The notes below the pieces were generated by a model. It searched no databases. It was not told where the DNA came from and saw nothing but the letters and a program-made list of their open reading frames with translations. From the NCBI GenBank assembly GCA_946007485.1, contig CAMGAM010000001.1:1-37537 (forward strand): 37,537 bases of DNA, given 5' to 3'. This document shows positions 33,201-37,537 of this stretch, piece by piece; within the stretch, counting starts at the first letter, position 1, and the number at the start of each line of letters is the position of its first letter. This DNA is from an uncultured Mycoplasmatota bacterium. Lineage in GTDB: Bacteria > Bacillota_I > Bacilli_A > RF39 > UBA660. A program made the translations under genes and the position numbers.

Positions 33201-36015
33201 AGAGATAGGTAATTATATTAATGAAGTATATATGGATTATGGTAGTGAATACGGCATAGTTGATGAAGTAATGAGACGTGGTAATAGTTATTATATTGGA
33301 TATGAAATAGAAGTTGAAACAGGCTCTGGAAATGTATTGTATCCATCTAATAAGAGTGATGATTCTCCATCAGATTATGGTGTTTATGAAAAATTGTCAT
33401 ATTCTATTAAAGAGACTCCTAATGTAAAAATGTATATTGCTAAATCTAGTAAAGATACGATTACTTATCGATATGAAATAATAGATCCAGATAAGGCAAT
33501 ATATAGAGAAAGTATAGACGATGATTATGGATTTTATTATCGAATAAATAATGGAGAAGAAAGAAAAATAAAGATAGAGTCAGTTGATGATTTGACATAT
33601 AAAGGGGATATAGTTTTAACTAATCTTAGTAACAATAATGTATATGCATTATATTATAAGAAGAATCTTAAGAAAAGTGGAATTTTTGAAGAAGATGTAG
33701 TTAATTATCTAGAGGGGGAAGATGATGGACTTAGAATCTTTGATGGATACTATGATGCGGTAAATGGAAATTATAATTTTAAATATGAGATTATTAATAA
33801 TCCACTTACTGATAATAAAGTTATTATTAAAATATTAGCATCAAATGATATGCTTGAAAGAATATTTAGTTATAGAATTAAATTTACTGATTCTAAAGGT
33901 AATACTTTAGATAAAGAAGTATGGAAGTTATCTAGTTGTTCATCTGATGATACTGAAGAAGCGAGATGTTTTTCAGTAGATTATATTGATTTAAAAAATG
34001 CTGGAATGAAATCCAATAAAGATAGTACAAATACTATTTCAGTAGAAGTAGAAGCATTATATGATAATGGACTTACAGGATATGATTATACTGTAGGTGA
34101 TGGATTAGATTATCCTTATATGATAATGCAAAATAATAACACAGATTCAGAACGTGGAAAATATGTCTCATTTAATAAAAATGGAAAAATAGTAGTTTGG
34201 GATGAAAGTTTAGATATATCTAAAGGATACTATACATATTCATTTAATAATGAGAAGAGAACATCATTATTTTATAAGAGTGCACTAAATACTAATTATA
34301 AAGATAACATTACTAATATTAGTTTATCTAGTATTGGATATACTTCTAATTATGGAACACTTAATCCAAAGATGATTTCAGTAGATAAGATGAAGTGCGA
34401 TAATAATACATTTTCATTTAGTAGTATTACTCCTAAGGTAAGTGTTGTTCAAAGAACAGGACTTGTTAATGGTTCAATTATGGGACTTACTTTGTCAGGG
34501 GTGGATTTAGCTGATATTAAGAATGAAGGTACAGATAGTAATCCAGCATATTATTTATATATAGATACTTGGGATAATGAAGATGATGCAATAAATAGTA
34601 ATAATTCATTGGTAGTTAGACCTAGACTTAAAGTAAGAATTGATAATAATGATCCAACTAAGATGATTGAAGCGGTTATTGATGGGGTAGCATCGATACC
34701 AAGTGATTATAGTTATTATTTCAATGTGTATGCTTATATGTATAAGAATGGTAATTATGAATTTGTTCAATTATTTGATGAGAGTATTAGAGATAAATAT
34801 GAGACTAAGACATATTCATTTAAAACAAAGAATGGAGAAAGTTTATATACTAGCAGAGAAGTAAGTTATCAAGTAGATGATACGGTATATGGTAATAGAG
34901 TTCTTAATACTAAGATTAATTTAACTAAATATCAAAATGCTTATCCATATAACTTTGATGTTATGTATATGATATGTGAAAGTAATGAATGTAATGTCGA
35001 TGAAGGATATATCTTTAAAAAAGAGATATCATCAGCAGATGTTGATAGTACAATTGTCAGTAAAGAAGATATAACTAGTTATGATCTAGAATATAATAAA
35101 AATTATTATATTTATATATATGCTGTGGCTTCATTGTATGAAAAAGATGAAAATGGAGAATATGTAAAAGGAGAACAGTATATTAATTTAGTTAATAGTA
35201 GGGATAAGTTGTTTAAACTTACAGCTCTTAGAGAACCATCTTTTGTAGTAACTAGAAAAGCTGGTTATGGTGATTCAGAATATTATATTGATTTTACAAT
35301 TAATGTAAATGATTTAGATAGAACGATAATTGGTGGAAAGTACAAAGTTAAATTAATTGATACGGATGGAAATGTAGTTGGTACTTTGAAAGAATTAGAT
35401 GAAGATGGTAATTATGTAGAGATAAGTAATTATGATAGTTATGAATTTGATGCATTAGTTCTTAATAAAAAGATACGAATTACAGGATTAAAAGCTGATA
35501 CCAAATATTCAATTGTGGTATATAGTGATGCTTATGTCAATAATTATAGTGAGGAGATACCGAAGGAAGATAGAACTTATGAAGTAAAAATGATGCATAC
35601 GATTTATACGACAGATAACTATGGAGTAACTTTTGGACATGATATATCTTATGTTATAACTGATAATAGTTATATTGCATTATTTAGAAGTGGTACAAAC
35701 TTTGATAATGTTGTTGGGGTTAATTACTCAGTTAGTTTGGATGATGAATTTAATCCAGGAGTTATTGTAACAGGTAGTGATATAATTGGAGATGAGCATA
35801 AATTTGAATTCAATGATGAATCAGGATATGGAATGTATGTTATAGCAAGAACAGATGGAGTAAAAAATACTTTAGGTAAATATTATTTAATTACACTTAG
35901 TTTTGAAGTGAAGGATCCTGATAATCCAGGAGAAACAATTATCTTAACAGCAGCTTATAATCCAAGATTTACAGATAGTGTAGCTTATGTTAAAGATATG
36001 GAAAATAATAGTTAA
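30256..36015 (+). CDS. Giant (1,919 aa) membrane-anchored surface protein with Gly/Asn/Thr-rich spacer and many FN3/Ig-like beta-rich modules
   Basis: SD AGAGGTGA precedes ATG 30256. TM anchor FLSILALSLVVLIGLVFGAFYLF. A ~230-aa juxtamembrane domain is followed by the spacer SGNGTDNEGGNGTGDGNGGAGGENGDGTGIGNGETGEGDGTG. About 1,600 aa of repeats follow, with recurring L.P.T.Y.F.V-type strands (LLSPKTKYLFTV, LDSNTIYTAV, LQEGTQYSIEV, LKADTKYSIVV). Confidence 0.75.
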   Translation: MKKLLDGKFLSILALSLVVLIGLVFGAFYLFDEDEDAFVKSGYVLNPLSEKVEKYFFNEDTGYRTNLSSMVEFKDVDDNDVVVLKDSFVHYMDGSLSFLKNGAILDLDSVNGTGTVVFYNVSNKLMITKDNGYVIKNSGEDIKLNNFMGRISDNKYIVVGNVKAKIPGNETLVSGDYFELVYVEEGIVNIENKDVKYQVTADEAKIYVGNLVIDLGDKKISLNDTDIMSITTITIDGDENIEIIPKDEEKGDDDTSGNGTDNEGGNGTGDGNGGAGGENGDGTGIGNGETGEGDGTGQITKPIESVIVSLKEASVGSTNVSLVFDIINAADDDMFMLKVTNLDSGRTIDMVAQVLQDEQINVNLLSPKTKYLFTVINEKDGGKYFQKIFETNDFGISLERTYATSSELGFRVNVDSDTDITNAKLSLYKFNEETHQNEIVKISYQDGEETKYMEKTVWLSDLEDSKEVIFDGLDSNTIYTAVLDEFSLVSSNFKDVYNITLTTMTLKKTPLFSEMEAKKDTASGSFKLSLGNIDDPDKAITQYTYLIYENGNSNETVIDPIVKGNASPIEVKIGDGDNELKNDTNYFYKVVIEYYDNEKYVEYTTGDTINFVMGSDPYITVVPKEELISYDSIGATIYLTDNSCLVSIPNREKCPTESSSTVVTVKKNSVGGEVIVFSKIVDFEVVDGELKYDLFVDGLQEGTQYSIEVSAILNNDGFGQRVEIMHTDESKRTIATKTLSSFVAIYPAEDKLLSSANHVVNQRVKLEASENNTGTLTPDETASSIKKVVISLYEGSHVEDIKTQDPLVAPMVFTNTDKINLKEMFYDNYYEITTDGTFGLDIDALKALNKDGRLSPTYTIMIRAYYDTDEINEVKIENNVMVYTILESLLLENVEEPLIITKPITNEVSGYIFENLKDKGTIVGYSVNAVYDRKGLVANNLTPQNINIYVYDSNHNRVKFYIKDDNGNLVLVDKITESISSLEIGNYINEVYMDYGSEYGIVDEVMRRGNSYYIGYEIEVETGSGNVLYPSNKSDDSPSDYGVYEKLSYSIKETPNVKMYIAKSSKDTITYRYEIIDPDKAIYRESIDDDYGFYYRINNGEERKIKIESVDDLTYKGDIVLTNLSNNNVYALYYKKNLKKSGIFEEDVVNYLEGEDDGLRIFDGYYDAVNGNYNFKYEIINNPLTDNKVIIKILASNDMLERIFSYRIKFTDSKGNTLDKEVWKLSSCSSDDTEEARCFSVDYIDLKNAGMKSNKDSTNTISVEVEALYDNGLTGYDYTVGDGLDYPYMIMQNNNTDSERGKYVSFNKNGKIVVWDESLDISKGYYTYSFNNEKRTSLFYKSALNTNYKDNITNISLSSIGYTSNYGTLNPKMISVDKMKCDNNTFSFSSITPKVSVVQRTGLVNGSIMGLTLSGVDLADIKNEGTDSNPAYYLYIDTWDNEDDAINSNNSLVVRPRLKVRIDNNDPTKMIEAVIDGVASIPSDYSYYFNVYAYMYKNGNYEFVQLFDESIRDKYETKTYSFKTKNGESLYTSREVSYQVDDTVYGNRVLNTKINLTKYQNAYPYNFDVMYMICESNECNVDEGYIFKKEISSADVDSTIVSKEDITSYDLEYNKNYYIYIYAVASLYEKDENGEYVKGEQYINLVNSRDKLFKLTALREPSFVVTRKAGYGDSEYYIDFTINVNDLDRTIIGGKYKVKLIDTDGNVVGTLKELDEDGNYVEISNYDSYEFDALVLNKKIRITGLKADTKYSIVVYSDAYVNNYSEEIPKEDRTYEVKMMHTIYTTDNYGVTFGHDISYVITDNSYIALFRSGTNFDNVVGVNYSVSLDDEFNPGVIVTGSDIIGDEHKFEFNDESGYGMYVIARTDGVKNTLGKYYLITLSFEVKDPDNPGETIILTAAYNPRFTDSVAYVKDMENNS

Positions 36016-36031
36016 TTATATTTAGGAGGAT

Positions 36032-37525
36032 ATGATGAGGAGAAAATATGATTTAAGAAATAAGAAAAGTTTTTTGATAATTTTATTGGTGGCTATTTTG
36101 GTGATTTGTATTTTCTCCTTGTTTATCTATAAATATACCAAAATTTCTAAGATTTTCTATACGATTGAAGCAGGTTCAGTTATTCAAGATACGGCTAAGA
36201 ACTATATAAAGATAGATGATGATGGGATACTTAGACCAAGATGGAATGGAGATTATTATTTAACATACCAAGATCAAAAAATTGATTTAGATAATAAAGT
36301 GATTGTCTACAATGAGATAACTGGAGGAATGAAATTATATGGAGTCTTTTATGAGATTTTAGAAGATGGTAAGATAGTTAAATATCAAGATGAGACGGTT
36401 TTAGCAAATACGACTGATACAAAGTTTTATAAATTAGCTGATAGGGAATATTTGCTTGTCGATAGAGAGATTGTTAGTAGTGATAAGTTTACGAATACGG
36501 TTAATTATTTGTTAGTAGAACTTGATAAACTTGGAAATGCTAAGTTATCTAATAATAAAATTAATTTGAAGACAATTACACCAATGATTTTAGTAACTTC
36601 TAAATATAGATTTGATATTAATAATGAGATTCTTAATTTTGGTAGTTATGATATTGATTTAAAAAAGATTATTGGTAGTACTAATCAATATAAACCAGAA
36701 GAAGTAGATAAAGATGTAGAATCCGATGGTACGACTGGTGAAAATGGTGGTAATGCTGGAAACGGTACTGGTACAGGAGGTGCTGGTGGCGGAACTGGAT
36801 TTGGTGGTGGTACTGGTACTGGTATTGGAAATGGCAATGGTGTAATTAATAATAGTCCAGATGGTGAAGAGACTGATATTGGAGAGATTAAAGATAAGAC
36901 AAAGATGACTTCAGTAGTTAGAGTATCTGAAGGATTAACACAAATAGATGTTGATTATGTGGTATACGATCCATATAATGAATATAAGTCAGTCTATGCA
37001 GAAGTTATGAAAGCAGGTAAGTTAGAAGTAGTATATTTATCGAAGACAGATACACATATTGTTTTTGATAATTTAGTACCAGATACAGAATATAGTATTA
37101 ATTTTGTATATACGACTACTGATGGTGAAACTGGGGAAATTGTAAGAAATACATTTGAAAAGTTGGAACTTAGAACTAAGAAACCAGAGTATTCAATTGA
37201 AATTTATAAGATAAGTAGTGTTAGTAATGCAATAACTTATAAGGTATATATGCAGAGCGGTTATAGTATTGATAATGTCCTTGTTAATGTTTCTTTTGAA
37301 TATATAGATATCGATAGTGAAACAGGAGAGAGTGTTAAGAAACAAGCATCAATTGATAATACGATAGCTGTATCTGGTAGTAATAAGTATGTAATGGGAA
37401 CGACTTCAGTTTCAGGATATAATATCGATAAAGATACAGTTATTAAACTTACGGTTAAGAGTGTATCATCTGGTGATAAAACAATAGATATTAATAGTAG
37501 TTCTTCATTTAGATATGGGAGGTAA
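36032..37525 (+). CDS. Paralogous-architecture membrane-anchored protein (TM, juxtamembrane domain, Gly-rich spacer, FN3-like modules)
   Basis: SD AGGAGG (36024-36029) precedes ATG 36032/36035. TM anchor FLIILLVAILVICIFSLFIY. Spacer GENGGNAGNGTGTGGAGGGTGFGGGTGTGIGNGNG. FN3-like strand LVPDTEYSINFVY. It lies 16 nt after the preceding gene. Confidence 0.75.
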   Translation: MMRRKYDLRNKKSFLIILLVAILVICIFSLFIYKYTKISKIFYTIEAGSVIQDTAKNYIKIDDDGILRPRWNGDYYLTYQDQKIDLDNKVIVYNEITGGMKLYGVFYEILEDGKIVKYQDETVLANTTDTKFYKLADREYLLVDREIVSSDKFTNTVNYLLVELDKLGNAKLSNNKINLKTITPMILVTSKYRFDINNEILNFGSYDIDLKKIIGSTNQYKPEEVDKDVESDGTTGENGGNAGNGTGTGGAGGGTGFGGGTGTGIGNGNGVINNSPDGEETDIGEIKDKTKMTSVVRVSEGLTQIDVDYVVYDPYNEYKSVYAEVMKAGKLEVVYLSKTDTHIVFDNLVPDTEYSINFVYTTTDGETGEIVRNTFEKLELRTKKPEYSIEIYKISSVSNAITYKVYMQSGYSIDNVLVNVSFEYIDIDSETGESVKKQASIDNTIAVSGSNKYVMGTTSVSGYNIDKDTVIKLTVKSVSSGDKTIDINSSSSFRYGR

Positions 37526-37527
37526 AT

Positions 37528-37537
37528 ATGGGTAATA
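37528..37537 (+). CDS. Start of a further coupled gene (3' end outside window)
   Basis: SD GGGAGG (37517-37522) overlaps the previous stop, and ATG 37528 follows 5 nt later. Only 3 codons are visible. Confidence 0.3.

Overview
This is a very AT-rich chromosomal segment of Bacillota (Firmicutes) type; Erysipelotrichia- or Clostridia-like is only a guess. All calls come from reading the sequence and the ORF track. No homology search was run, so product names rest on motifs I recognise. Core genes: rodZ-like (5' partial), pgsA, recA, a prepilin-lspA-rluD-rhomboid operon, an RluA-family pseudouridine synthase, a SAM methyltransferase, an Smr protein and an orphan histidine kinase. About 18 kb of cell-envelope genes lies between pgsA and recA, which are near neighbours in B. 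subtilis. It holds (1) a ~2,300-codon glycine-rich modular surface protein split by a single in-frame TGA, (2) a lone tyrosine integrase, (3) an Amidase_3 cell-wall hydrolase, (4) a GT2/YfhO/GtrA glycosylation trio, and (5) two divergent LtaS paralogues. The right end carries a consensus promoter driving at least three coupled genes, including a 1,919-aa and a ~497-aa membrane-anchored FN3-like repeat protein. Items most worth follow-up: (a) an unannotated type I toxin-antitoxin-like module (28-codon hydrophobic ORF plus convergent antisense RNA) in the 790-bp gap at 29.5-30.2 kb; (b) four Spo0A-box-like repeats phased at 10 bp upstream of the orphan kinase; (c) a membrane-anchored PTS-EIIB-like domain with Glu at the phosphocysteine position; (d) the in-frame TGA, in a window where no gene ends in TGA. 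I found no tRNA, rRNA, CRISPR array or transposase.
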